DNA of 57,737 nt. Origin: Rhodospirillales bacterium (GTDB lineage: Bacteria > Pseudomonadota > Alphaproteobacteria > Rhodospirillales > Casp-alpha2). The notes under the pieces are model-generated. The model did not search any database, had not been told where the DNA came from, and saw only the letters and a program-made list of their open reading frames with translations. Every line of letters starts with the position of its first letter. Position 1 is the first letter of the stretch. Positions 25,948 through 34,849 of the stretch are shown in pieces. The DNA lies in contig JABMOG010000151.1 of NCBI GenBank assembly GCA_013204265.1, forward strand, positions 1-57,737, given 5' to 3'. The position numbers and the translations under genes are program-made.

Positions 25948-26714
25948 GGCATCCCCTTCAGTTCCTTGATGCCCGAAAGCGCCTGGCGCATGGCGATGAC
26001 GTCGGTTCCATAGGCCAAAAGCCCAAAGCCTTCGTCAATGCGGGCCTGGAGCTCCTTTTTATCCGGCGCGACCTGGTGAATGCCCGCAGCCTTTGCATTG
26101 TCGGCACAGGCTTGGCGGACTCGTTCGACGGACTCTTTATAGGGAATGGCATTAAAATCGCCCGCCGCGCCCAGATCGGATGACAAATCGTAAGGCCCCA
26201 GGAACAAGGCATCGACTTCCTTGAGTGCGGCTAAATCCCCGGCGGCTTTGACGCCGGCTACGGTTTCGATCATCGGCACCAGCACCGGGCGAAAACCGGC
26301 CTTGTAGTCTTCAAACGTGTCGCCCCATTTGTTGCAGCGCGATAATCCGACCCCGCGGTGGCCATCGGGACCATAAAAACAATGTTTGGCGAATGCCTCG
26401 AACGCGCTGGCATCCTCGACGCCGGCGACAATTATCCCCGCCGCGCCGAGGTCCAGAAGCCGCCGCGCCAGATGGCCGTCCAGCGAACCGAGGCGGGCCA
26501 CCGGTGCTGCGCCGTGTCGTTCGGCCGCGACGAAGACGGCCTCAACCTGGGAAATATCTGTGGACCCATGCTCCATATCCACGCACAGCCAATGGAATCC
26601 CATCGAGGCCATGGCTTCGGCGTTGACCGGGGACCCGGACGATAGCCACGCACCGACACAAGGCTGGCCTTCACCAAGCCGGGTCTTAAGGGGATTGCGA
26701 AAGGGGTCAATCAT
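25944..26714 (-). CDS. HpcH/HpaI-family class II pyruvate aldolase
   Basis: ORF trimmed to MIDPFRNPLKTRL at 26714. VGAWLSSGSPVNAEAMASMGFHWLCVDMEHG, VPMIETVAGV and LFLGPYDLSSDLG. Confidence 0.85.
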   Translation of the reverse strand: MIDPFRNPLKTRLGEGQPCVGAWLSSGSPVNAEAMASMGFHWLCVDMEHGSTDISQVEAVFVAAERHGAAPVARLGSLDGHLARRLLDLGAAGIIVAGVEDASAFEAFAKHCFYGPDGHRGVGLSRCNKWGDTFEDYKAGFRPVLVPMIETVAGVKAAGDLAALKEVDALFLGPYDLSSDLGAAGDFNAIPYKESVERVRQACADNAKAAGIHQVAPDKKELQARIDEGFGLLAYGTDVIAMRQALSGIKELKGMP

Positions 26715-28299
26715 TTGCGAGTGTCCTCTGCCAAAGGTCTTTGGGAACGGGGGCGAAAATATCACTGCGGTCGAGGGCGGGGATGCTCGCTTGGTTGATT
26801 GCCTGGGCCAGTCCGGCGGCGTCGGTTACCGGCAACCGGACTCCCTTGGGCAGGATATCAATCGCGATCCGGCCCTCAGGACGGAAGCGGATGGTGGGAA
26901 GGCCCGTTAGCGCCGATTCCAGTCCAACGGTGGTTGCCGCATAGACAAGGGCGCGAAGGCCAGGATGCTCGAAAAAAGGCTTATCCGTGCGTTCGATCGC
27001 CGGTGTGGGGCTGAATAGGAAGGGCGTCATGGGATGGTCCTTGACCAGGAAGCGGAATCCCTTGTCGGTAAGGGCGTGGGCAGCGGCGATCATTTGCCCG
27101 GCGGTTTCGGGATCGAAGGGAAGCGCTAAGTATACCGGGCCTTCAGGATCGGGGTTGATGGAAGGCGGTTTGAAGAATCTTAGCGCGCCGCCGATTTTCA
27201 GCCGTTCATCCGGCACGCCCCATTCCAGAAGTTGACGGCGGGTGGAATCCCCGGTGCACAAGATCTGGTCGGGCAGCGACGCCAGTCCGTCCGGGTTAGA
27301 GCCGGCCGCGCAATTAAGCATCTGTCGCCCGATCACCGAATGTTGGTAGCCGATGGTGCGTATGCCAAGAGCCCGGGCGGTGCGGACGAATTCACGCTCC
27401 CAAGAATGATTTTCCCAGGGCCAGACGAGGATGCGGGGCCGGGTATCGGTTAGCCAGCGGTGTTGGCATTTCTGTTGCCAAGCGATCGTAGCACCCTGAC
27501 CGGTGCCGCCTTCCAGCGCTGCCGCCCGGCGCACCAGCCAACCCCATTCGCCAATTAGATGCCGGGGTAGAGGCTTCCAACGGGCGAAGGGAAGAAGCAA
27601 GGCATCTGATAATTTCCCCCAGGCACGTAAGCTTAGGGTCCGACCGCCGCCTTCCAATTCGCGGACCCGGGCAGCAGCACAGTCTACGTGCAACATTCGG
27701 CAAAGGTCGGTGCTTTCCTTCATCAGGCCGCCAAAATAACCGTCCGTTCCCTCCGCCGTGCTTTTCGGATGACCGTAAACCAGAAGAACCGCGCTTGATG
27801 ATGTTGCCAACCGGCGTTGGTGGCGTAGCCGAATGGAGTCCCTGGCCAGGATCACGGCATTTTTGAGCCGCGCCGCGAAACCACGCGCCGCCAGTTTCAA
27901 CCGCAAGCACCAAAGTCCCGGTGGCGTCCCGGCGTTGACCCCCTGCAGACTGGACAGGTGACGGAACATCCAGGGATCGTCACAGACCACCAAAACAGTC
28001 TCCTCAGCGCCGGCTTTTTTTTCGACAATCCGGGACCACGTCATCATCAGGCCGAAGTCAGACGCGTTGGCGGAACAGGCGGGCGTATGGGCCAGTCCCG
28101 CTGATGGCTCGGTGCCGAGTTCACGGCCTAGCGACAGCCAGGTTTTGGCAATGGTGTCGAAGGCGTCTTCCAATTCCGCTGATAAACCGGGGACTTTCCC
28201 CTCGGGAGTCAGACTGTGGGCCGTATTCCCGATGGTCAGCCACTGGCTGTAAGTCGGGGTAGGGGGAAGGTCGTGACTTGTTCTCAGCAATACAGTCAC
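26707..28299 (-). CDS. Uncharacterised 530-aa protein, paralog 1 of 3; putative GT-B-like transferase
   Basis: GTG start in a GTGA overlap with the ABC gene. No named-family motif. It shares ILVWPWENHSWEREFVRTARALGIRTIGYQHS, FLVKDHP and ATTVGLESALTGLP blocks with 38260..40032 and 42474..44399. Confidence 0.45.
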   Translation of the reverse strand: MTVLLRTSHDLPPTPTYSQWLTIGNTAHSLTPEGKVPGLSAELEDAFDTIAKTWLSLGRELGTEPSAGLAHTPACSANASDFGLMMTWSRIVEKKAGAEETVLVVCDDPWMFRHLSSLQGVNAGTPPGLWCLRLKLAARGFAARLKNAVILARDSIRLRHQRRLATSSSAVLLVYGHPKSTAEGTDGYFGGLMKESTDLCRMLHVDCAAARVRELEGGGRTLSLRAWGKLSDALLLPFARWKPLPRHLIGEWGWLVRRAAALEGGTGQGATIAWQQKCQHRWLTDTRPRILVWPWENHSWEREFVRTARALGIRTIGYQHSVIGRQMLNCAAGSNPDGLASLPDQILCTGDSTRRQLLEWGVPDERLKIGGALRFFKPPSINPDPEGPVYLALPFDPETAGQMIAAAHALTDKGFRFLVKDHPMTPFLFSPTPAIERTDKPFFEHPGLRALVYAATTVGLESALTGLPTIRFRPEGRIAIDILPKGVRLPVTDAAGLAQAINQASIPALDRSDIFAPVPKDLWQRTLAND

Positions 28300-30137
28300 G
28301 GCGGTGGCGTTTCCAGTTGGGATAGTTCGACCATGCGATTGAAATTGGCGTTGCGCTTCGCCAGCTCGTCAAAGGTGCCGGTATCGATGACTTGGCCACC
28401 TTCCAGAAAAACGATACGATCACAGTTGCGGACGGTGCTAAGACGATGGGCGATGACGATCACGGTCTTTTTCCCGCTGAGCCCGTCGATGGCCTGGCTG
28501 ATCCTGTTTTCAGTTTCGCTGTCCAGCGCCGACGTGGCTTCGTCCATGACCAGGATTTCCGGGTCATGGTAAAGGGCACGGGCAATCCCCACCCGTTGCC
28601 GCTGGCCGCCTGAAAATCTCGTGCCGCGCTCACCCAGGATCGTATCAAGACCTTTGGGCAGGGAATTTATAAAATCCTCCAGGTGTGCGGTTTTGACGGC
28701 ATGTTCCATGGCGACCGGGTCTATGTCCGAGGCCTCGACGCCAAGGGCGATATTGTTCCTGAGGGTATCGTCGGTCAGGTAGATGTCCTGCGGGATGTAA
28801 CCGATGCGCCGTTGCCAGCTGCCCAGGTTTTCAAAAAGGCTTTCCCCATCCACGGTGAGGCTTCCTTCGGTCGGCTCCAACAATCCCAGGATCACATCCA
28901 CCAGAGTCGTCTTGCCGGCGCCGGACTGCCCGACCAGGGCGACCGAGCGGCGGAACGGGATGGTCAGGTTCACGTCGTCCAACACCGTGCCGTCGCTGCC
29001 GGGATAGCGGTAGGACACGCCTTCAAGGCGAAGGCCATCCTTGAACGCCAGGGCGCTGCCGGCCGTGGCGGCCGCATCAATGTCGCCGGTTTGGGTTTTC
29101 GGCGTACGGGTCGCCGCCTCAGGACCGCGAAGATCGTCGTGGAGGATGTCGACGCTTGCCATGTTTTCGCGAAGCAGTGTTATGTTGGAAACGATCTTGC
29201 TAAAAGACGGCATCAGGCGCATGGCGGCGACACCGAAAATTCCCAGTGTGGGAAGGATTTCTCCAACCGTTTTTTCTTGCAGTTGGATCAGCGCCAGGAC
29301 CAAAAGCAAAAGCCCACCCATGGCGACGGCTTCAATGAACAGGCGTGGAAGGTGGCTGGCGGTACTACTCAGCGCCATGTAACGGGCCAAGGCATGGCAC
29401 GGCTTCCAGAAGGCATCGGCGAAGAAAGCCTCTTTACCGGAAATTTTTGTCTCCTTGATCGACCCCAACGCCTGGTTGGCCCGAAGCAAAATTTCCCCGT
29501 CATATTGGATGGTGCGCGCGCCCCATTCTCGGACCCGGTGACGGATGGTGCGATAGAATACGGCAACGGAAAGGCCGATCACCAGGACAACGCCAAGAGT
29601 CGTGCCGGGGTCCACCACCATCAGGACGACCAGGACTGCAATCGCGGTCAAAAGCTCCATTGCCGTATTGACGAAGGGCATCACCCCTTTCAGGTACAAA
29701 CGGCTGGCCAGCAGGGTCACGTTACGCACCAGTTCCGACGTGTTGTGTTGCAGGTGAAACACGTAGGGTCGTTCCAAGTAGGCTTGCATAAGGTCGTGGG
29801 CGAAACGCGCTTTACGCCGTAGGACGAATAAATTTTGACAATAGATGATGAGGGCGAGAACGATATTCTTGGCGACGAAAAAGGCGAATAGAATACTGCA
29901 AAGCAAGACGATGAAACGGCTGGGGTCTCCGTCGGCCCATTGGTGATAAAGCCCACCGATGACGGGAAGAGAATCGACCTTGGCGGGGTCGGACAAAATA
30001 TGCAGCAACGGCACGAACATGCTGATGCCCGCCATTTCCAGCAAGGCGGCAACAAAGATCAGCCCGAACAGACCAGCTAATCCGACACGGGTCTGCCGGT
30101 CGAGCAGAGAATAGATTTTTTTAAATTGGTCTATCAA
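28296..30137 (-). CDS. ABC half-transporter, fused TMD-NBD exporter (MsbA/PglK-like)
   Basis: N-terminal six-helix TMD. Walker A GQSGAGKTT, signature LSGGQRQR and Walker B ILVMDEATSALD. Confidence 0.9.
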   Translation of the reverse strand: MIDQFKKIYSLLDRQTRVGLAGLFGLIFVAALLEMAGISMFVPLLHILSDPAKVDSLPVIGGLYHQWADGDPSRFIVLLCSILFAFFVAKNIVLALIIYCQNLFVLRRKARFAHDLMQAYLERPYVFHLQHNTSELVRNVTLLASRLYLKGVMPFVNTAMELLTAIAVLVVLMVVDPGTTLGVVLVIGLSVAVFYRTIRHRVREWGARTIQYDGEILLRANQALGSIKETKISGKEAFFADAFWKPCHALARYMALSSTASHLPRLFIEAVAMGGLLLLVLALIQLQEKTVGEILPTLGIFGVAAMRLMPSFSKIVSNITLLRENMASVDILHDDLRGPEAATRTPKTQTGDIDAAATAGSALAFKDGLRLEGVSYRYPGSDGTVLDDVNLTIPFRRSVALVGQSGAGKTTLVDVILGLLEPTEGSLTVDGESLFENLGSWQRRIGYIPQDIYLTDDTLRNNIALGVEASDIDPVAMEHAVKTAHLEDFINSLPKGLDTILGERGTRFSGGQRQRVGIARALYHDPEILVMDEATSALDSETENRISQAIDGLSGKKTVIVIAHRLSTVRNCDRIVFLEGGQVIDTGTFDELAKRNANFNRMVELSQLETPPP

Positions 30138-30152
30138 AAGTCGATTCAGGAA

Positions 30153-30980
30153 TTACAGTACGCTGCGCCCGCCGTCCATGACGAGGTTTTGCCCGGTCAT
30201 GTAAGACGACGCATCGGAACACAAAAAAACGATGGCCCCTTTGTATTCATCTTTTTCCGCCATGCGCCCCATGGGAATCAGGTTGTCCAGGCGCTGGACA
30301 AATTCTTCCGGTTGGTCGGTGTAGACGCCGCCCGGCGAGATGGCGTTGCAGCGAACGCCTTTGTCGGCCCAGTAGGTAGAAAGATATTTGGTTAACCCGA
30401 TCAGGCCGTGCTTGACCACCGAATAGGACACCGGTTTCACCGGTTGCTCGTCATCGGCCAGACCCTCTTGGCGGTAGAGCCGTTGGTCGGGAGCGATGAC
30501 GCTGAGGTCGGAGGCAATATTCAAAATAACTCCACCGTTTTTTTGCGCCATATGCGCGCCGACGGCCTGGCTGCATAAAAAGGCTCCGGTCAGCCCGACG
30601 GCCATATCCTGCTGCCACATATCGATTGAAAAATTTTCAAACCGGCTCCACGTCGTTCCCGCCTCGGGCCCGACCTTGGGATCATTGGCCGCGTTGTTGA
30701 TAAGGATATGGACGCGGCCGAAGGACTTCACGACATCGGCGAGGCCACCGGCCACGGACGCCGGATCGGTAATGTCGACGTTCATGCCTTGGGCTTTGGT
30801 GGCGTACGTTTCCCGAATGCGATGGGCTTCCCGCTCCGCCGCCACCCCGTCGATATCCCAGAGAACCGGGACACCGCCGGCTTCGGCGATGGCTTCCGCG
30901 TGTTGTGTTCCCAGCAGCCCGGCACCCCCGGTGATTACGGCGACGCGGTCTTTGAGTGAAAATTTACTGGCACCCGTCAT
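30153..30980 (-). CDS. Short-chain dehydrogenase/reductase (SDR)
   Basis: VAVITGGAGLLG, NNAA and YSVVKHG (YxxxK). Confidence 0.85.
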   Translation of the reverse strand: MTGASKFSLKDRVAVITGGAGLLGTQHAEAIAEAGGVPVLWDIDGVAAEREAHRIRETYATKAQGMNVDITDPASVAGGLADVVKSFGRVHILINNAANDPKVGPEAGTTWSRFENFSIDMWQQDMAVGLTGAFLCSQAVGAHMAQKNGGVILNIASDLSVIAPDQRLYRQEGLADDEQPVKPVSYSVVKHGLIGLTKYLSTYWADKGVRCNAISPGGVYTDQPEEFVQRLDNLIPMGRMAEKDEYKGAIVFLCSDASSYMTGQNLVMDGGRSVL

Positions 30981-30998
30981 GCAAACACTCCCTTGCGC

Positions 30999-32036
30999 CT
31001 AAAATTTGTAAAGAGGAACAGCCGTGCCCGAAACCATGGACTGGCGCGCCGCTTCGACCACCACCAAGGATTGACGGGCCGCGTCGAGATAATCGCCGCT
31101 GCCCTGGGGCTCGAATTCATCGACAAAATACCGGGTCTGGGCGGTGAACATGTCGTCGTTGGCGAAGCAGGGGTCTTCCAGGCTCTCATTTTGCCCGCTT
31201 TTGTAATCCTCGACCAACAGCCGGTTGCCGTCCTGGTCCCATTCGACGTAGCCGTCGGTCCCGGCGATAAAAAGCCGGCGTTGGTTATGGCGCTGCATGA
31301 AGCAAAGGTCGATGCGGACTGAGAACTCCGTGTATCCCAGCGTCAGATGCACCGTATCCTCGACATCCATGGCGACATCGGAGTAGTTGCCGCCGGTGCA
31401 CGCCACCGTTTGCGGCGGGCCGAAGTACCAGCAGCAAAGGTCGATTTCATGGATCTCTGTCAACAGAACGCCGCCCCCCAAATCCTTGCGGCAGGCATAA
31501 AGCTGGCGGAAATCCTCGTAAGGGTGCCAGGCGGGCACGTAGGACGCGACGCTGAACCCGGCGTTGAGGGTTTTTCCCAAGGCGCCCGTTTCCATCATTT
31601 CCTTGATGCGGTGGAGATGGGGGTGAAACCGGCGTTGGAAGGAAACGAAAAACGGCAGATCCTTTTCCCGGACCAAAGCCTCCAGTTCGTCGAGTCCGTC
31701 AAGCGTATGGGTCGCCGGTTTTTCAACGAAGATGCCGATGCCCCGGGCCGCCGCTTTTTGCATGACGCCCAGGTGGAGTGCCGTCGGGTTGGAAATGACG
31801 ACCAGATCGGGGCCGTCGTCCAAGGCGGCGTCCAGATTGTCGAAAAGGGAAAGCCCGTATTCATCGGCCAACGAAACCCCTTCGGCGACGGTGAAATCGT
31901 TGTTCAGGGCGGGGGTTTGCCCGGTGGCCCGGTACGCCGTAAAGGCGACGCCGCCGGGCAGGTGCGCCTTGAACATGCGCAGGTGTCTCTGCCCGGCGCC
32001 GCCGAGCCCGACGAACAAAACCTTATTGATTTTCAT
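30999..32036 (-). CDS. Gfo/Idh/MocA-family oxidoreductase
   Basis: KVLFVGLGGAGQRHL and FVEKP. Confidence 0.85.
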   Translation of the reverse strand: MKINKVLFVGLGGAGQRHLRMFKAHLPGGVAFTAYRATGQTPALNNDFTVAEGVSLADEYGLSLFDNLDAALDDGPDLVVISNPTALHLGVMQKAAARGIGIFVEKPATHTLDGLDELEALVREKDLPFFVSFQRRFHPHLHRIKEMMETGALGKTLNAGFSVASYVPAWHPYEDFRQLYACRKDLGGGVLLTEIHEIDLCCWYFGPPQTVACTGGNYSDVAMDVEDTVHLTLGYTEFSVRIDLCFMQRHNQRRLFIAGTDGYVEWDQDGNRLLVEDYKSGQNESLEDPCFANDDMFTAQTRYFVDEFEPQGSGDYLDAARQSLVVVEAARQSMVSGTAVPLYKF

Positions 32037-32857
32037 CCGCCCCGGCCTTCCTCGAAAAAGAACGTCGTGAAATCCATGTTATAGCGCGCCGTGCGAAGCG
32101 GATCAGTGCCACGCTGGGTCTCGAAGGTATAGGGGCCATCGTAGCCGATGTCGTGGATGGCCTTGAAGACGTCGGCGAAATTAACCAATCCGGTGCCCAA
32201 TAAGACGTTCTGATTGTTGGCGTTTTTGTCCTTGATGTGAACGTGGGCGATGCGGTTGCCGAGAAGCCGGATGTCACCGGCAAGATCGTGGCCGAAGGCA
32301 ACCCGGTTGCCGGTATCGTAAACGGCTTTGATGCCGGGATGGCCCAGCCGGTCCAGAAGGTCGATCAATTCCGCGCCGGTGAGCACGGTCTCTAGGCACG
32401 TGATCATGCTGGCGTCATGGGCGGCGTCGGCTATTTCCTTGAGTCCGGCCTCAAATTCGGCGCTGTTTTCGGCGGTCATCTCGCTGGCGTCGAACAGGGG
32501 CAAGACGAATTTTTCCACGCCCAGCATTTTACCGCGCTCAATCAACCGGAGTGTCTGCTCAATAACGTCGCGGCCGTTCACAAACGCATGTTCGACCGGG
32601 TAGTCGTTGCAAAGCGCATGCAACGACAGCCCGTTTTTCTGGGCCAGTTCCTTGATGCGGTCGATGCCGCCGCCGGACCAAACCGGGTTGCCTGGGTTAT
32701 GCTGCACCTCGGCGATCAATTCGATGTAGTCTATACCGAGGTCCGCGGCCAATCCGAATTCATCCGGCCACTTGTCGCCGGGAAACCATTGCAGTTCTCC
32801 TGGGGGCGACTGAGTCAGGCGACCCTGGACGATGCCGAAACGCAGGGGGGCGGTCAT
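32033..32857 (-). CDS. Sugar-phosphate isomerase/epimerase (xylose-isomerase-like TIM barrel)
   Basis: IDYIELI, CLETV, VYDTGN and HVHIKD pattern typical of the AP-endonuclease-2/TIM family. Confidence 0.75.
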   Translation of the reverse strand: MTAPLRFGIVQGRLTQSPPGELQWFPGDKWPDEFGLAADLGIDYIELIAEVQHNPGNPVWSGGGIDRIKELAQKNGLSLHALCNDYPVEHAFVNGRDVIEQTLRLIERGKMLGVEKFVLPLFDASEMTAENSAEFEAGLKEIADAAHDASMITCLETVLTGAELIDLLDRLGHPGIKAVYDTGNRVAFGHDLAGDIRLLGNRIAHVHIKDKNANNQNVLLGTGLVNFADVFKAIHDIGYDGPYTFETQRGTDPLRTARYNMDFTTFFFEEGRGG

Positions 32858-33588
32858 GCCTTCTTTCTATTCTGGGCGTCGGCCCATTCCTGATTGCGGA
32901 ACCAGTTGATTTTACAGAGGTCCGGATTGCGCCGGAACAAATCATCGATGTCGCAGCGCGGCGCCAACGGTCCGGTCATGCGCAGGATTGAGACCATCAG
33001 CCAATAGTCCTCTTCAAAATCGAGGGTGAGACGGACCCGGACCGGGTCGGGATCAGACTCGGGCAGGACGGTTTTTTTGACCCCGTCCACTCTATCGATC
33101 CAGGACCAGATAATTTCCGTATCATCAGTGTTGCTTGTATTTTCAACAGCGCGATCGGCCAGACTTTTCGTCATCGAAACTCCCACCGACGCGCCGCCGG
33201 CGGCAGAAGACACGCTGGGTGCAACCATATCCCATCCGCCTTCCTTAAGCAGGGCAAAGCTTTGTTTAACCTTTTCGCCGTCGAAGAAAGGGTCGTCGGC
33301 GTCCACGGTATGAAAGGCATCGAGGTCGAACGCGGCGCAGCAATCGGCCCAACGCTTGAGCCTGTTGATTGCCACGCCCCGGAAACACTTTACATTTTCG
33401 GCCTCGGCAATAGCGACGATGCCGTCGTCGGCATCCTCATCGGTGGTGCATACAATTGCATCGAGGCCAAAATGCCTAACCCGCCGAATAACGTGTTCCA
33501 GCACATTGCCGTCGCCGAACGGAAGCATGCACTTGCCGGGCAAGCGCGTTGACGTGGACCGTACGCTGATGAAAGCGGGGACCGTCAT
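32854..33588 (-). CDS. Cytidylyltransferase, SpsF/FlmC-like
   Basis: AFISVRSTSTRLPGKCMLPFGDGNVLEHVIRRV. Confidence 0.7.
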   Translation of the reverse strand: MTVPAFISVRSTSTRLPGKCMLPFGDGNVLEHVIRRVRHFGLDAIVCTTDEDADDGIVAIAEAENVKCFRGVAINRLKRWADCCAAFDLDAFHTVDADDPFFDGEKVKQSFALLKEGGWDMVAPSVSSAAGGASVGVSMTKSLADRAVENTSNTDDTEIIWSWIDRVDGVKKTVLPESDPDPVRVRLTLDFEEDYWLMVSILRMTGPLAPRCDIDDLFRRNPDLCKINWFRNQEWADAQNRKKA

Positions 33589-34832
33589 TTATCGAGGTCT
33601 TTTATCAGGTCACCGAGTATCCCGGCTTGCTGTTTCGCGGTTTCCATATCCCTGTAATTCGTTTTAAAGGACATCATTTCCGGTTGTGCCTCTTCGGCCA
33701 CCGGGCACATTCCCTGCTCATAGGCGAAGCGATCACCCTCAGGGCCCTGGTCCGGGGGCAGGTAGCCTGACTTCAGAAAAACCTTTTCCCGCATCATCGG
33801 CTCGGAATAAACGACCTTGAGCCCGGCATAAAACCCATCCCCGCCCATGGCCTTATATTTATTGTAGAAGTCCTTCCAGCTGGCCCCAATGGCCTGCTTC
33901 CCTTTGTATCGTGCGGTGAAGGTGTAATAGGAATTGACGTAATCGTCCGGGACTTTTTGCGGAACCATCCAATCGCATGATGATATCGCGTCCATAAAGT
34001 ATTCTGCGACCTGCTGGCGGCGACCGACGATCTGGTCAATGCGTTCCAGTTGCGCCAAACCAACCGCTGCGGTGACTTCATTCATTCTGAAATTCAGGCC
34101 CAGGGTGTCGTGCCTTTCGTAATCAGGGTCCTGGAACTGTTCCGGCAACAATTGGCGAAGCGGCTTGCCGGCGGTCATGGCCCGATAACCGTTAAAGGCG
34201 GTTTTGCGAACCACCGTGCCGAAATGTTCGTCATTGGTCAGGACCATGCCGCCTTCGCCGGTTGATAGGTGCTTTTTCGATTCCATGGAGAAGCTGGCCA
34301 TGTGTCCCATGGTTCCGGCAAGGCGGCCCTTGTACGTGCCGAGAACACATTGCGCCGTATCTTCGATGACGGTTATCCCGTGTTTTTCGGCGATTGCCAT
34401 AATCGGGTCCATATCCGCCGGAAGCCCGTGCATATGAACTACGAAGATCGCCTTTGTGCGGTTGGTGATTTTTTTTTCAATATCTGCCGGGTCAATGTTC
34501 AGTGTTTCTCCATCAATGTCGGCGATGACCGGAACCGCGTTCTGATACAAAATAGTGGCGGCGTTCATTAAAACGGCTTGCGCCGGGCATATGACTTCAT
34601 CCCCCATGCCGACGCCGGCGGCGGCCAGGCAGGAAAGAAGCGTCGTCGTGCCCGAGTTGTGGGCAATTGCGAAATCCATGCCGAAGCGTTTGGCGAAGGC
34701 TTGTTCAAAGCGAACAGTAAACGGTTCCTGCGTGCGGTAATTGGCCGAATCTAGAACCTGAGATACGTAGACGATCTCATTGCCGTTATATTTCCCATGC
34801 GGGTCGTTTCTTGGATCGCTGATATCGCTCAT
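33585..34832 (-). CDS. DegT/DnrJ/EryC1/StrS-family PLP aminotransferase
   Basis: AIAHNSGTTTL, and the catalytic Lys is retained in SFSMESKKHLSTGEGGMV. Confidence 0.85.
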   Translation of the reverse strand: MSDISDPRNDPHGKYNGNEIVYVSQVLDSANYRTQEPFTVRFEQAFAKRFGMDFAIAHNSGTTTLLSCLAAAGVGMGDEVICPAQAVLMNAATILYQNAVPVIADIDGETLNIDPADIEKKITNRTKAIFVVHMHGLPADMDPIMAIAEKHGITVIEDTAQCVLGTYKGRLAGTMGHMASFSMESKKHLSTGEGGMVLTNDEHFGTVVRKTAFNGYRAMTAGKPLRQLLPEQFQDPDYERHDTLGLNFRMNEVTAAVGLAQLERIDQIVGRRQQVAEYFMDAISSCDWMVPQKVPDDYVNSYYTFTARYKGKQAIGASWKDFYNKYKAMGGDGFYAGLKVVYSEPMMREKVFLKSGYLPPDQGPEGDRFAYEQGMCPVAEEAQPEMMSFKTNYRDMETAKQQAGILGDLIKDLDK

Positions 34833-34849
34833 GGTCTTCCTCCGACGCC

